From: Calditrichia bacterium | Lineage (GTDB): Bacteria > Calditrichota > Calditrichia > JAJRVZ01 | Assembly (NCBI GenBank): GCA_963796965.1 | Contig: CAWCNS010000016.1 | Location: 305,513-369,512, forward strand | Direction: 5' to 3' | DNA length: 64,000 nt | Shown: positions 11,405-24,022 of the stretch, piece after piece | Layout of the letters: each line of letters starts with the position of its first letter | Position numbering within the stretch: the first letter of the stretch is position 1 | Position numbers and translations under genes: made by a program | The notes under the pieces: generated by a model | Database searches by the model: none | What the model was told of the DNA's origin: nothing | Seen by the model: only the letters and a program-made list of their open reading frames with translations

Positions 11405-11891
11405 ATCACTCATTTTTTCTATCGGATTATTTATCACTATCTATGGTGTCGGATGTGTATATTCATTTGGTGGATCTATTCCTTCTGATGTTACTAAAAT
11501 AGCAATCCCCTTATTTGATGACAATACTTCCTTCCCGGGGGTGCGGGAAGATCTGACAAATTTGGTTATTGATGCATTTATCGCCAACAATATTCTCCAG
11601 GTGGTAGGTGAGTCGGAAACGGACCTACTGTTAACAGGAACCATTCTCTCAATAAGACAGCAAGCAGCGATCATTACAACCGGTGAAGAGGTTGATCAAT
11701 TTGATGTCTATGTAAATGTGAAGGTTAAGTGTGAGCATTTGAGCTCCGGGAAAGTGTGGTGGGAGAAAACGCTGCGCCGTTTTGGTACCATGTCTGGGGC
11801 GGGGACTCAGGCAGATCAGCAGGAAGCCATAGGTGTGGCGATACTGCAAATAACAGATGATATCCTCAATAATACATTAGCTTATTGGTAA
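11394..11891 (+). CDS. lptE: LptE-family LPS assembly lipoprotein
   Basis: Lipobox-like VGC-VYSF, KIAIPLFDDNT, LTGTILS, terminal W; FCB-type position after the sigma54 regulator. Confidence 0.75.
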   Translation: MACKSLIFSIGLFITIYGVGCVYSFGGSIPSDVTKIAIPLFDDNTSFPGVREDLTNLVIDAFIANNILQVVGESETDLLLTGTILSIRQQAAIITTGEEVDQFDVYVNVKVKCEHLSSGKVWWEKTLRRFGTMSGAGTQADQQEAIGVAILQITDDILNNTLAYW

Positions 11892-11894
11892 TAG

Positions 11895-13357
11895 ATGATT
11901 CAATATATAATATTAAATATATATCTTGTATGTTTGGGTATAATTGGTATATTCTCAATAGAAGCGCTGTATCTTACCTTCAAATTCTGGCAGGGTTTAA
12001 AGAGAGAAGGTTTACAGAAAAAGAACGAATCACTACCAATTGTTACGGTCCAATTGCCGATTTATAATGAACAATACGTAGCAAAGAGATTGATACATTC
12101 TGTCTGTTCTCTCACATATCCAATCGATAAACTTCAGATCCAGGTGCTCGATGATTCTACTGATCAAACCACTCACATATGTAAAGAACAGGTAGATCTG
12201 TATAAAAAGAAGGGCTTTGATATTATCTATATACCCCGGGTTGTGCGCATCGGCTTTAAGGCAGGGGCTTTGCGCGAGGGTCTTGTAAAAGCAAAAGGAG
12301 AACTTATAGCAATATTTGATGCAGATTTTATGCCCGGCAAAGATTTTCTCTTAGATACCGTTCAGCAATTTAATGATCCACTGGTCGGAATGGTGCAGAC
12401 ACGTTGGGACCATCTTAATGAAGATTTCTCGCTTTTGACACGGGCACAGGCATTTGGGCTTTCTGGTCATTTTGTTGTTGAGCAAAATGGACGTAATAAT
12501 GCGGGATGTTTTATAAATTTTAATGGAACTGCCGGAGTATGGCGCAAAAAATGCATTGAAGATGCAGGAAATTGGCAAGATGATACGTTAACAGAGGATT
12601 TGGATTTAAGTACAGGGCGCAAATCAAAGGATGGAAATTTTTATATTTGAACGAAATTCCAACATTATCAGAATTGCCCGCGGAAATCAATGCTCTCAAA
12701 GGTCAGCAATATCGCTGGACAAAAGGAGCCATCGAGACGGCTCGAAAAATTTTACCTCTTCTCTGGAGGAGTGACCACTCTATATTTAAAAAAATTCATG
12801 GAACCTTTCATCTTCTTGGGAATCTGGTTTATCCATTCATCTTTTTATTAGCGATATTAAATTTACCGATTATACTGATAAAAAATGAAATGCCCCAAAC
12901 AAGGATATATTTTGTGGTTTTTGCATTATTTATGCTTTCATTTGCATCATCGTTTATATTTTATTTACTTTCTCAAAAGGCGCTTCATAAAGACTGGAAG
13001 ACACGACTGTTAATGTTCCCTGTCTTTATGTCCGGTAGCATGGGGTTTTCTATAAATAATTCATGGGCAGTTATCCAGGGATTATTAAAAAAACGAACAC
13101 CTTTCGTTCGTACACCAAAATACCATTTAGTAGGAAAAACGGGTACATTTAAAGGTAAAGGTTACAGCGCATCCATAGATAAAATGGTGTATGTGGAAAT
13201 AATAATGGCTGTTTATAGCTGTATTGGTGTGCTTATAGCCATTTATTATCTTGAGTTAGGCATTCTACCCTTTATGATAATGTTTTTAATTGGATTTTCT
13301 ATCACTGGATTTTTATCAATAAGTCATTATATTAAGATTAACTATAGGAGAGCCTGA
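11895..13357 (+). CDS. Membrane GT2 glycosyltransferase, cellulose/mannan-synthase-like (frameshift ~12610)
   Basis: VQLPIYNE, QVLDDS, KAG, FDADF, TEDLDLS, QQYRW (QxxRW), C-terminal TM helices. Confidence 0.9.
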
Positions 13358-13358
13358 A

Positions 13359-14600
13359 TTGGAAATTTCCGAAGATTCAATTAGTATGCCTGGCGGAGAT
13401 ATTCTGTTTGCCCGCCTCGCTTATAACTTGCTGGAATCTGGTGATGTTGAAGAGGCGACCAAGATTCTCGAGAAGGGTTTGCGGGCTTATCCATCATATG
13501 CACAGGCACATTATATTCTGGCCAAATGTTACATGAAACAACATTTAACGGATGAGGCGCGTGCAGAACTGGAACGTGTTCTTCGTTATGACCCTAACCA
13601 TGGAAATGCGATAAAAGATCTTTCGAGTATGTACTTTTTAAATGGATTTCAGGATTTATATAAAGAGTATCTTTTAAAACTATTCACGCTTAATCCATTA
13701 AACGAAGAAATTGTTGATGAAGTTAAAAAGTTGGGCGAATACAAACTCTGGGCACCAGTGACAGAAAGTACTCCCCTGGCTGATTTAGCCAATACCAATT
13801 TGAAGGAAAAAAATATTCCTGAACCTGAGGAAGGGGCAGTAGTTGCACCTGAGATTCCAGAACAGGTGGAATCTAAGGACTACCCTGAACCTATATTTTC
13901 CGCTAAAGTTGATTTGAGTCAGTTTGATAATGTACATGACGATTTTACAACGATTTTGCATGGAAATTTAGAACTTCCTCAAAAAAGTGTGATAATAGAA
14001 GATGAGGACCTTGATCTATTGAAAAGTAAAGAGGAAATATTTGGTGGGGAGGAAGAACCTGTTGAGATAACAGAATCTGCCCCTGAGGAAAGCCTCGAAT
14101 CTATGAATGATATTTTAGGAGAAGATGAAGAATTAGTGATCCAACAGATTAAGGATACTGATGATCACCTCCTTATTTCTGATGATGAAGATAACATGCT
14201 TCCGGGGGATATCTTAAATACACCTACCAAAGAGGAAGAAGCAAATGAGGGGATATCTAAAGAACCGGAAATTTCACAAACCAGAGTGGAAGAAGACCAG
14301 GTTGATATAGATAATATCCTCATGGAAAAATCTGATTCAATGGGTCTCAAAAAAGAAAGACTTGCCGAGTCAGATCATCCTGTTGCAGATTTTGACCACC
14401 TGCAGGATGATGAAGAAAGCAAATTCGAACAACCAAAGATTATAAGTCAAACTCTTGGTGAGATTCTGGTATCACAAAAAAAATATTCAGAGGCAAAATC
14501 AGTATTTGAAGCATTAAAAGAAAAAACCCCCAACAATAAATCACTGGATGTGAAAATAGCCTATCTTGATAAAATTATAGGTTTGGAAAAAAAAACTTGA
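13359..14600 (+). CDS. TPR-domain protein with long acidic linker
   Basis: N-terminal TPR helices, E/D-rich middle, C-terminal SQTLGEILVSQKKY helix. Confidence 0.8.
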   Translation: MEISEDSISMPGGDILFARLAYNLLESGDVEEATKILEKGLRAYPSYAQAHYILAKCYMKQHLTDEARAELERVLRYDPNHGNAIKDLSSMYFLNGFQDLYKEYLLKLFTLNPLNEEIVDEVKKLGEYKLWAPVTESTPLADLANTNLKEKNIPEPEEGAVVAPEIPEQVESKDYPEPIFSAKVDLSQFDNVHDDFTTILHGNLELPQKSVIIEDEDLDLLKSKEEIFGGEEEPVEITESAPEESLESMNDILGEDEELVIQQIKDTDDHLLISDDEDNMLPGDILNTPTKEEEANEGISKEPEISQTRVEEDQVDIDNILMEKSDSMGLKKERLAESDHPVADFDHLQDDEESKFEQPKIISQTLGEILVSQKKYSEAKSVFEALKEKTPNNKSLDVKIAYLDKIIGLEKKT

Positions 14601-14839
14601 ACCATATGAGATATTCCTAAATTATTGAACTTCTCCTCTACCTGTTAGTAAAATGGAATAAGTTATTAAGGAACCTTGAATTAGAGACTATTTCAAAACC
14701 GAACTTCTGGAAAATCGTTTATTTATTAAAATAATATTCTTAATCCAGTCGCCGGAACAGTGAGATATTTTCGTTCATGGTTTATGCGTTTTTCAACCAT
14801 CTGAATATTATACTATAAATAAGATATATTAACTATCCA

Positions 14840-17800
14840 ATGATTTATAAGCCGCATGCTACTTTCCTGATTTTGATTTCCTGCTTGATACTCTTTACTT
14901 CTGCTGGTATGGCAGCCGGCTCCCATAATAAAGAGTACCTCATTCGTATCGCAGGTGATCTTTCGTTAGAAATTGAAAACAGCCAGGCAAAGAATGCACC
15001 CGATTTTTTAAAAAAATCACTCCAGTTGGAAGACGGTTCGGAAATTACCAAAATTCTGGATGTGCCAGCCTCTTTATTGTCGAGATGGTATCACATATCA
15101 ATCGCACCCAATTCTCGAAATCAAATCTCAGCCCTTCAGCAAAATCGAGGTATAGAATTGGTCCAGGAAAACAATCATTTCCAGATACATGGACAGCTGA
15201 TAAATGATTCCCTCTATTCAAATCAATGGTATCATAACAAGATTGGTGCCTTAGCATCATGGGAAAATTATACCCTGAAACCGGAAGCACTTATTGCCAT
15301 CATAGATACAGGTATTGACTATGAGCATCCGGATTTGGAGGGAAGTTTATGGATTAATGCAGAGGAGGACCTGAATGGCAATGGTCAATTGGATCCAGGT
15401 GACCAGAATAATCTTGATGACGATAACAACGGATATATTGATGATGTGATTGGTTGGGATTTTACGGATGCGCCCCGACTAAACAGTGGGGGGGATGATA
15501 CCAACCCTGATAATGATCCCATGGATGAGTATTCGGGTGGTCATGGTACAAAAATTGCCGGTATTATTGCTGCCCAAACGAATAATTATCGCGGTATATC
15601 GGGGTTGATTCCAGGTGCGAAGGTGATGAATTTGCGCTCGGGTACGGCAGATGGATATCTGGAAGAAGACGATGTTGCCCGAGCGGTGTTATATGCGATC
15701 AATAATGGTGCTAAGATTATTAATATGAGTTTTGGTGACGTGGTTCTTTCAAGATTTCTAAAAGATGTCATCGCGTATGCGTATTCTAAGGATATCATAA
15801 TTGTTGCTTCCTCTGGAAATTCAGGCAATGATCAGGTCCATTATCCTTCTGGTCTTGCAGAAACTATTTCGGTTGGTGCTACAGATCAAAATGATAATCG
15901 GGCCAATTTTTCTAATTTCGGTGGAACCATTGACCTGGTGGCACCAGGTGTTGATATTCTAAGCACAAACCTGGGGGGAGGATATGGCATGGCCGGGGGA
16001 ACAGCTTTAGCGCGCCTATGGTATCTGCGACAGCTGCTGTATTGATCTCTAAAAATAATGATTTATCTGTTGAACAAGTCCGCAACCAATTAAAAACTTC
16101 AACTGATGATATCGGTGTACAAGGATGGGAACCCAAATTTGGCTCTGGCAGACTCAATATGGAGAAAGCATCTCTAGTAAAGGACGAAAGTAGTCTGGTG
16201 ATTCACCATCCCCGTACAGGATCGCACAGTGCTGATGACAGCATCGTGATTGTAGCCACAGCATTGGATCCAAATCTCATTTCACTGGATCTGGCTTATG
16301 GATTTGGTGCTGATCCCTTGGAGTGGATTGATATTCTAAAGGACTATGGATATCAAATTATTGATGATACACTTGCAATTCTTCCCGTGGGAGTTATTCC
16401 GGATACTGTGCTGACATTGCGCTTACGTTTAAATACATGGCAGGGTCAAATTTCAGAAAATCGCTCCCTGATAAGCCTGGACAGGACAGGACCAAAAATT
16501 GAAAATCACATGGTTGTTCGCCAACTTGATGGGGCTCAATATTCTTATCTTATAAAGTTTGAATCGGATGATGTTTGTACGGCTGATATCTTTATACGAT
16601 CTAAGCCAGGTGATCAGGAATTTACCCCTGTTCATCTTTCCTACGAAACAAGAAACCATTATTATCTGATTGGCCCAGAAAGAGATAGTGAATATTATTT
16701 AAAATTGACAAACTATAGTGGACTGGAAGAAATAGATGATAATAATGGTACTTATTTCCAATTAAAATCAATTGATCAAAATATTATCCAAAATGAGTTT
16801 ATTCAGACTGATCAATCTATTCCATCAGGGTACATTCTCACAGAGCCAATTGATTTTGATCAGGATGGTAACTACGAGATCGTCATCTCAGCGTATGACG
16901 TAAATCGTAATTTTGGTCCGGTTGTTGTGTTTGAATGGGAAAACGGACAATTTGTCAAACAGATGGAAACACCATTTAAAGCAATACCACGTTCCTTTGG
17001 TGATGCTGATAGTGATGGCAAACCGGAATTACTTTTGGGATATGGACAGAAAAGTTATTTACTGGAATCCACGGGGTCTGATGGCTGGTCTTCACAAATT
17101 GTATGGTCAGATACAGGTGCTTTCTGGGCAAGTAGGATCACAGATCTTGACAATGATGGAATTAATGAGATTCTGGGCAAGGAAGGACAGGATTTTGTCC
17201 TATATGAATCTACGGGAGACAATACTTTCTCAAAGGTTTTTACCTTTGAGAATTCGAGTCAGGGTAGTAATCAACTTGGTCCTCCACGAACTGAGATTGC
17301 TGATCTTGACAATGATGGATATTCTGAAATATATTTTGGTGACTATGATGGTGATATCATTTCTTACGAGAATACGGGTAATGATACCTATAATTCGCTT
17401 GGATCTATTTCTCTTCCTCTGGAGGATGCAACAAATTTTTTTACTGCGTCAAACCAGACTTCGCAGGGTCTCCGATCATTGGTTGCTGGATCTCATACAA
17501 ATACAAATGTAAGTGATGAGCATGAATTCGCTGCTCAATATTGGTCCTATTCAGTGATTCGGATGAATTCAAATAATTCCTACGAAATAAAGCAGGAAAT
17601 TCCCGTCTACGGATATGCAGATCTTAGGGATTTCGAAGCAGGGTGCGCTACCGCTACCCTGAGTGAAAATGGTGAAGAGTTTGTTTTTCTTGCCCCATAT
17701 CCTGATCTCTACGTTTTTAAAACAGAAGGCGACAGTCTCGTGCCAGTGTGGTATCATGACGATGTAAATACAAACACCATCTTGGTATACGATTTTGATG

Positions 17801-19017
17801 GGGATAAAAAGAATGAATTCTTTTTTAATGGCAATGATCACATTGTTGCCTATACAGAATCTCTCCTTGATAGGCCTCTCCCTCCATCCAACTTGGAGGC
17901 TTTTCCGCCTGATGAATCATCAATATCTCTCTCATGGAAAGCCGTCTCCCAGGCTGATAAATATATTATTTACCGGGGGAATGATCCACAACATTTAGTC
18001 GCTTATGATTCTACTGAATGGGAACCCCTCTATATGGATAGAGATGTCGTTGAAGGGGAGCGCTATTTCTATGCCGTCGGTGTGGTTTCATTATCCTTTG
18101 AGCATATGTACAGTAATTTTAGTGAGACAGTTTCAGCAACTCCGAACGAAGCACCACAGATTGATACCGTGCTGGTAAAAAATGAACGGCAGGTGGAACT
18201 GTATTTTAACGAGAAGATGGACATTAATTCGATGGCAACCGTAAATTTTTCACTTCTTGGAGAAGACAATCCGACCACATCTGCCATTTCTTTCTTCGAT
18301 GGCCAGGCTGTATTACTCAGTTTTTTTCAACCATTCCAGGATGGAGAGATTTATGATTTGAGGATGCATGCGGTAAGAGATACAAACAGGACACCGTTGC
18401 TTGCCATGGACACCCTTCAGAATTTTACCTATTTTGCCCAAGCGGGCGATAAACCATATATGCGGGAGTGGATCTATGCGGGAGATAGACGTCTGATTCT
18501 GAAATTTAATATGCCAATGGATCCAGAATCTATTTTAAATTCTGGTAATTATGATCTTGAGCCTTCCGGCTCTGTTATTGGCGTTGAACAAATAGGCACA
18601 TCCAAAATGGATTTCCACATTAATCTCAGTAAAGATACATACCCCCCGGGTTCCGGAATCACAACCTATTTGATAATGAATGGTTTGCAGAATGCACGGG
18701 GTGAACTTTTAAAGGAGGGGAATCGTATTGCTCTGATCAAAGCAGAGGATAATATTGATAATATTATAGTGTATCCACAACCTGTTACCAGGGACAAAGA
18801 CGGGCTTATGTTTGCAAATCTTATAATGGGAACAGAAATAAGAATATTTGATATAAATGGCCATTTTATTGTCTTGTTAAAGGAAGAGGATCAAAACGGT
18901 GGTATTAGATGGGATCTTAAGGATAATCGTGGACAAAAAGTTAACAGCGGAATTTTTCTTTATCAAGCTACCTTTGAAAATCAGAAGAAAATCGGTAAAT
19001 TCACTATTATAAAATAA
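14840..19017 (+). CDS. Secreted S8 subtilisin-like peptidase with FG-GAP repeats, FN3/Ig domains and T9SS/FlgD-type tail (frameshift ~16003)
   Basis: Signal peptide; IIDTG, HGTKIAG, restored GTSFSAPMV; DxDxDG repeats; VYPQP..IFDING..WDLKD..VNSGIFLY tail. Confidence 0.9.
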
Positions 19018-19101
19018 ATGAGAGAACGTTATAGCAGTAGGCCTCTCTATTTCCTGCTAAATAAATTCTCGATTTATTTTTTTTGTGAATCCTTCATATA
19101 T

Positions 19102-19129
19102 GTAACGGCGCGATTAATCGCGTTGCTTC
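19102..19129. repeat. REP-like palindrome (uninterrupted version of the 7381 element)
   Basis: GTAACGGCGCGATTAATCGCGTTGCTTC. Confidence 0.65.
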
Positions 19130-19224
19130 AAGGATATGAAGCGCATACATAAATTAATTTTGTTGTGTATCGGAAATAATAGGCGAATCAAAAGTAAAAT
19201 ATTATGGTTAGTAAAAAGGTCTAA

Positions 19225-19878
19225 ATGAAGAGAATTACAAAATATACGAATCCTAAAGTGATAGCAGTTACGGGTGGTATAGGGAGTGGTCAAAGCACCG
19301 TATGCAAAAGGTTAAGTGAATTGGGTTGTAGAATAATTGACCTGGATAAGAAAGCAAAGCAAATTATTGAAAAGGACGCTTCTTTACAGAGAGAATTGAA
19401 AAAAACTTTTGGGAAAGAGATTTTTACACCTGATGGAAATCTTAATCGAAAATTGCTCGGACGTCTGGCGTTTAGTCATGAGTCCAAAACGATGGAATTA
19501 AATAAATTGGTTCACCCCAGAATGGTAGCCGATGTAGTAGAAGAAATGGAAACAGCTCGTTTCTCTGAGAAATACCCATTAATTGTCATCGATGCTGCTC
19601 TGATTTTTGAAATAAGTATAGAGCAAATGTTTGATGCAGTGATTGTTGTGTACGCAAATAAGGATAATCGCATACAACGTGTCATGAAAAGAGATGATCT
19701 TAAGCATAATGAAATACTTGCCCGCATGCGTCGTCAAATTCCTTTGGAAGATAAAAAGGAGTGGGCCGATCACGTTATCGATAATAATGGAACAATTGAA
19801 GAATTATATAAACAAACAGAACAAATTTTTAATAAATTGGTACATAGTATCAAAACTGCCCACCGAATTCGTGTATAG
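19225..19878 (+). CDS. coaE: Dephospho-CoA kinase
   Basis: VTGGIGSG(Q)ST, LNRKLLG, HP, DAALIFE, RMRRQIP, ADHVIDNNG. Confidence 0.9.
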   Translation: MKRITKYTNPKVIAVTGGIGSGQSTVCKRLSELGCRIIDLDKKAKQIIEKDASLQRELKKTFGKEIFTPDGNLNRKLLGRLAFSHESKTMELNKLVHPRMVADVVEEMETARFSEKYPLIVIDAALIFEISIEQMFDAVIVVYANKDNRIQRVMKRDDLKHNEILARMRRQIPLEDKKEWADHVIDNNGTIEELYKQTEQIFNKLVHSIKTAHRIRV

Positions 19879-20102
19879 CATAGTCCTATAATAAATCTTT
19901 TACCTCATTTATTGCTTTATTGGGAAGAAAATTACATCAAATTAAGTTGTAAACTTTATTTTATAATAGAATAATAACAATTGCTTTGAGAGAGATTGCC
20001 ACTGGAAATGTCTCCATATTGGAAATAGTCCGATATTAATTGTTTTGTCGCTACTATCTGATTAATAATTTTAATTAAACAATAAGACGGGATATTACAT
20101 AA

Positions 20103-20572
20103 ATGTCAAACCACTCAAATGCCGGCAAAGTGCCCATCATAGAACTTGTTCAGAAAAATGAGGAAATGGGATTACAGTTTTTTAGAGAATGTATAAATAA
20201 AACCAATCAATTTAGTGCACAATACATTCTGAATAAGCTTCTTCACAATTATACGGATCATGTGAAAGATCTGATTCAAGAGTTTCAGAAGATTCCAACT
20301 GAAGGGATTAACCAAAGACTGGCGTATGATTTGGAAGAGAGATTTTCACCAAAAGATTTGTGTGTAGAATTTGATCTATCAACACTTACGTTCTTAGAGG
20401 CAGCCAGGATTGTAATTCGAATGACAGAGAAAAATATTGATTTCTATAAATATTTTATTGAAGGAAAACTAAATAAGCCAACTCAAAAGGCACTTAAAAA
20501 AATAGTGGCACAGAAAAAGCTTATGTGGATAAACTGCGAGACGAGTATACCAGGTTAAACCCACACCGTTAA
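20103..20572 (+). CDS. Hypothetical helical protein, possibly degenerate ferritin/rubrerythrin-like (frameshift ~20518)
   Basis: Two helical repeats with E..G..FF / EK..DFY patterns; frame restored across AAAAAGCT. Confidence 0.5.
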
Positions 20573-20595
20573 AATTCAGAATCGAAATTCTATGT

Positions 20596-21979
20596 TCATC
20601 CAGCGTACTCAAGGCGTTTCTTTAATTCCTGCATTTTCTTTCTGAAAGTTTTATCCTCATCCATCCTTTTTACCATCATTTTTTGTGCATAGATAACAGT
20701 GGTATGGTCCCGTCCGCCGAAGTGGAGTCCTATGTTGACGGTTGAGTGATTTGTTAATTCTACGCTAAGATACATTGCCGCCTGGCGAGCCAGGGCCACA
20801 TGTTGTTTCCGATCCTTTTTCATAAACCGCTCTTCAGGTACATTAAAATGTTTGGATGTCATTTGAATGATCTGCTCAATCGTAGAGCTGACGTGATCTT
20901 GGCTTTCCAATCTCTGCCACTACGCTTCTCGCCAATTCCAGGGTTGGCTCCGTTTGTGTCAATAGTACCTGGGCCATCAGCCTGGTTAACGCACCCTCCA
21001 GTTCACGGACATTATGAATAAGGTTTACAGCAAGAAATTCAATGATCTCATTGGGGATTTCCAGATCGTTCTCTTCGCATTTTTTACTTAATATAGCCAT
21101 GCGGGTTTCCAGATCCGGTGGCTGTATATCTGCAATCAACCCCCATTGAAATCTTGAGACAAGTCTTTCTTCTAAAAATCCAAGTTCAGCTATTGGGCGA
21201 TCCGAAGTAAGTACAATCTGCTTTTCTTTTTGATGAAGTTCATTAAATGTATGAAAAAACTCTTCCTGTGTTTTACCTTTATTGTTAAAAAATTGAATAT
21301 CATCTATCAGGAGCAGGTCGCAAGAACGGTAAAAACTTGAAAACTCAATGGCTTTATTTTGTTGGATAGAAGATATAAAATGACTGGTAAAACTTTCACT
21401 GGACGTATAATATACCTTTAGATCAGGTTTTTTTTGTCTAACCTTATTACCAATTGCTTGAACAAGGTGGGTTTTTCCCAGACCTGTACCTCCATAAATA
21501 ATCAGCGGATTGTAATTGGTCTTTCCGGGCGCATCGGCCACGGCGCTGGCAGCGGCATGGGCAAATCGGGTGCCATCGCCAACAATAAAATTTTCAAAAT
21601 TATACTGCGCATTTAGATTCGTTTCGATTCGTGGCGATGCTTGTTTGGTGGCAGGAACCGGTTCTGTCTCAAAGGTATTACCGGTGTATGGCGAGGAGTA
21701 GGTTTCGTCTGCCATCACCTCATATTTTATTCCTAAAGAATGACCGGCAACCTGCGCGACAGCATTTTGGAGTAGTTTTAAGTAATGATTATCAAGCCAC
21801 TCACAGAAAAATTTGTTAGGAACCCTGAGAACAATAAAAGTTTCCGTCAGAGAAGTGGCTTTTAGAGGTGCAAACCAGGTTTGAAAACTACGTGGATTAA
21901 TGTTTTCTTTAATGATTTCAAGACTTTCATTCCAGATGTGTTCGTACGAAGCCTGGGTGGCTTCTAAACTATTGGACAT
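20596..21979 (-). CDS. dnaA: Chromosomal replication initiator DnaA (frameshift ~20885)
   Basis: YNPLIIYGGTGLGKTHL, LLIDDIQF, QEEFFHTFN, LVSRF, NVRELEGAL; domain IV ARQAAMYL, GGRDHTTV. Confidence 0.97.
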
Positions 21980-22006
21980 ATTGGATTTCCCTCACCTTTT
22001 CTGCAG

Positions 22007-22357
22007 TTATCCACACTGAAAATTTACAAAATATTTTTAGATTGCCACCTATGTTTTTATTGCAATACGTGAGACAATAAACCAACGAAACATTGATAAC
22101 TATCTGTTATATTTGAGGTTATGCACTGTTATAAAACGTTGGAGATTATTGGTGGCCGGGATAGGCACTGTTCAGGCTGTGAATAATTAAAAAGTTATTC
22201 ACAGCTTATTCACATGCTTAATTTCTCCCTCTATCAGTTTAAGAAGCAGGAATTAAGAGTCAAGTTTTTTACCTAAGTTTTTTCATATTTTTTGTGTATT
22301 TTTAGTTTCACGTTAAACAATAGTTCAACCGAGAAGAGGTAGTTGCAATGTGGATAT
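22007..22357. promoter_or_regulatory. DnaA-box cluster (oriC candidate or dnaA autoregulation)
   Basis: TTATCCACA 22007-15; TGTGAATAA 22178-86; TTATTCACA 22195-203 and 22206-14; TGTGGATAT 22349-57; AT-rich context. Confidence 0.75.
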
Positions 22358-22512
22358 AGAGTTAGGCTATATTTTTTATTTAGCCACCCTCAAGATTTGA
22401 TTAACAATACAATTTATAGCATTCTTTTTAGTGAGATTTATGATAATTATTTGTAATATTTCAATCCACATGCAATATATTGAGTATCGGAAGAAATTAA
22501 CAGGAGCACTGG

Positions 22513-22896
22513 ATGGAACGAGAAATTATTTTTAGTAAAGAAGCACCCGATCCCATTGGGCCTTATAGCCAGGCAATAAAATTTGGACAATTAATATTTA
22601 CTTCCGGTCAGATTGCAATCGACCCAGCTAGTGGTGATGTGGTCGAGGGATCTGTCATTGAACAAACCGAACAAGTCCTTAAAAATCTTAAAGCTGTTCT
22701 GGAAGAGGCGGGATCATCTTTTGATAAGGTCGTTAAAACGACAATATATCTAAAAAACATGTCTGATTTTGCTCAGGTCAATAAAGTCTATGGCAGTTAT
22801 TTCGGTGGATCTTTACCGGCCAGAGCAACTGTTGAGGTGGCCAGATTACCAAAAGATGTATTGGTGGAGATTGATTGTATTGCCTCCGGTGAGTGA
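22513..22896 (+). CDS. ridA: RidA/YjgF enamine deaminase
   Basis: [36 protein letters not shown]. Confidence 0.93.
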   Translation: MEREIIFSKEAPDPIGPYSQAIKFGQLIFTSGQIAIDPASGDVVEGSVIEQTEQVLKNLKAVLEEAGSSFDKVVKTTIYLKNMSDFAQVNKVYGSYFGGSLPARATVEVARLPKDVLVEIDCIASGE

Positions 22897-22980
22897 TAAT
22901 TCATTTTAGGTAAATAATTCTATTTGACACAATGAGCCTAAGGTATTAATTTTCAATGAGTTCTAAGCGAATATTAATAA

Positions 22981-23085
22981 ATCAGGAATCAGGAAATTGG
23001 TGTTGGTAATTGGTAATTGGGTATATGGGATTTGGATACCTGATATTCCTCACTGAATTTTCTACTACAGAATTCCAAATTTCAC
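22981..23085. repeat. Degenerate heptamer-repeat array
   Basis: ATCAGGA x2, TTGGTAA-like units, complementary CCTGAT/TTCCAAAT arm. Confidence 0.5.
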
Positions 23086-23146
23086 GTACTTTAATTTTAA
23101 CATAAACATATAATTATTGTAACATCTAACATACCTGGTAGACAAT

Positions 23147-24022
23147 ATGCCCAACTACAAAATCATTGTAAATCCGGCAGCTTCCCGAGGAAAATGTTTG
23201 CATAGGGCTGAAGAGGTGCGCATTTTCTGTGACGCGAATCGCCTCGATTATGATCTGGTCTATACACAGAAACAGGGCGATGCACAAATGTATGCCAAGG
23301 CTTCTCGGGACAAGTTTGAATGTGTCGTAGCGGTGGGGGGAGATGGTACAATAAATGAAATTGTAAATGGACTTATGGGGGGCAACGCCAAGTTGGGTAT
23401 TGTTCCAATAGGGAGTGGTAATGATTTTATTCGGGCAATTGATATTCCTTCCAGTATAAATGCCGCCCTTCAGAATTTGATTAGAATGAAAACTCAAAAA
23501 ATTGATATAGGAAAAGCAGGTGATCGATATTTCCAGAATGGATTGGGAATTGGATTTGATGCCTGGGTAGTAAAACGTTTATTGGAAATCAGGAAACTAA
23601 GCGGTACTGCCATGTATCTTTATGCAGTAATAAAGACGATTTATAGTTACAAACCACCAACTGTTCATCTTTCTTATAATGACATTAATCGAACAGAAAA
23701 ATTCTATCTTATAACAGTTGGAAACGGTACCAGTCTCGGAGGGGGATTTAAGTTAACCCCTGATGCCATAATTGATGATGGATTATTTGATCTGAATATT
23801 ATAAGAAATTTGAATAAGATAGAAATTTATCAGAATTTAATCGGTGTCTTTTCTGGAAAACATGTCCGATTGCCACAAGTAACTATGGACAGGTCGGACC
23901 ATGTCCGAATAGAATCGGAAGAGGGATTTGCTGCACATGTTGATGGAGAACTCCTCTCCTTAGATCTTAGTTCGCTGGATGTTAAACTTCTACCGAAAGC
24001 CCTTGAAGTTGTTGTTTCATAA
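23147..24022 (+). CDS. Diacylglycerol-kinase-family lipid kinase (YegS/DgkB-like)
   Basis: VNPAAS, GGDGTINE, PIGSGNDF, GIGFDA, VDGE. Confidence 0.9.
   Translation: MPNYKIIVNPAASRGKCLHRAEEVRIFCDANRLDYDLVYTQKQGDAQMYAKASRDKFECVVAVGGDGTINEIVNGLMGGNAKLGIVPIGSGNDFIRAIDIPSSINAALQNLIRMKTQKIDIGKAGDRYFQNGLGIGFDAWVVKRLLEIRKLSGTAMYLYAVIKTIYSYKPPTVHLSYNDINRTEKFYLITVGNGTSLGGGFKLTPDAIIDDGLFDLNIIRNLNKIEIYQNLIGVFSGKHVRLPQVTMDRSDHVRIESEEGFAAHVDGELLSLDLSSLDVKLLPKALEVVVS

Noticed and set aside
8382..21979. Programmed frameshifting or true pseudogenes in hutI, dnaA, GT2 and S8
   Set aside because: No slippery sites or stimulators seen; the shifts sit on AGCT or homopolymers and hit essential dnaA, so sequencing error is more likely
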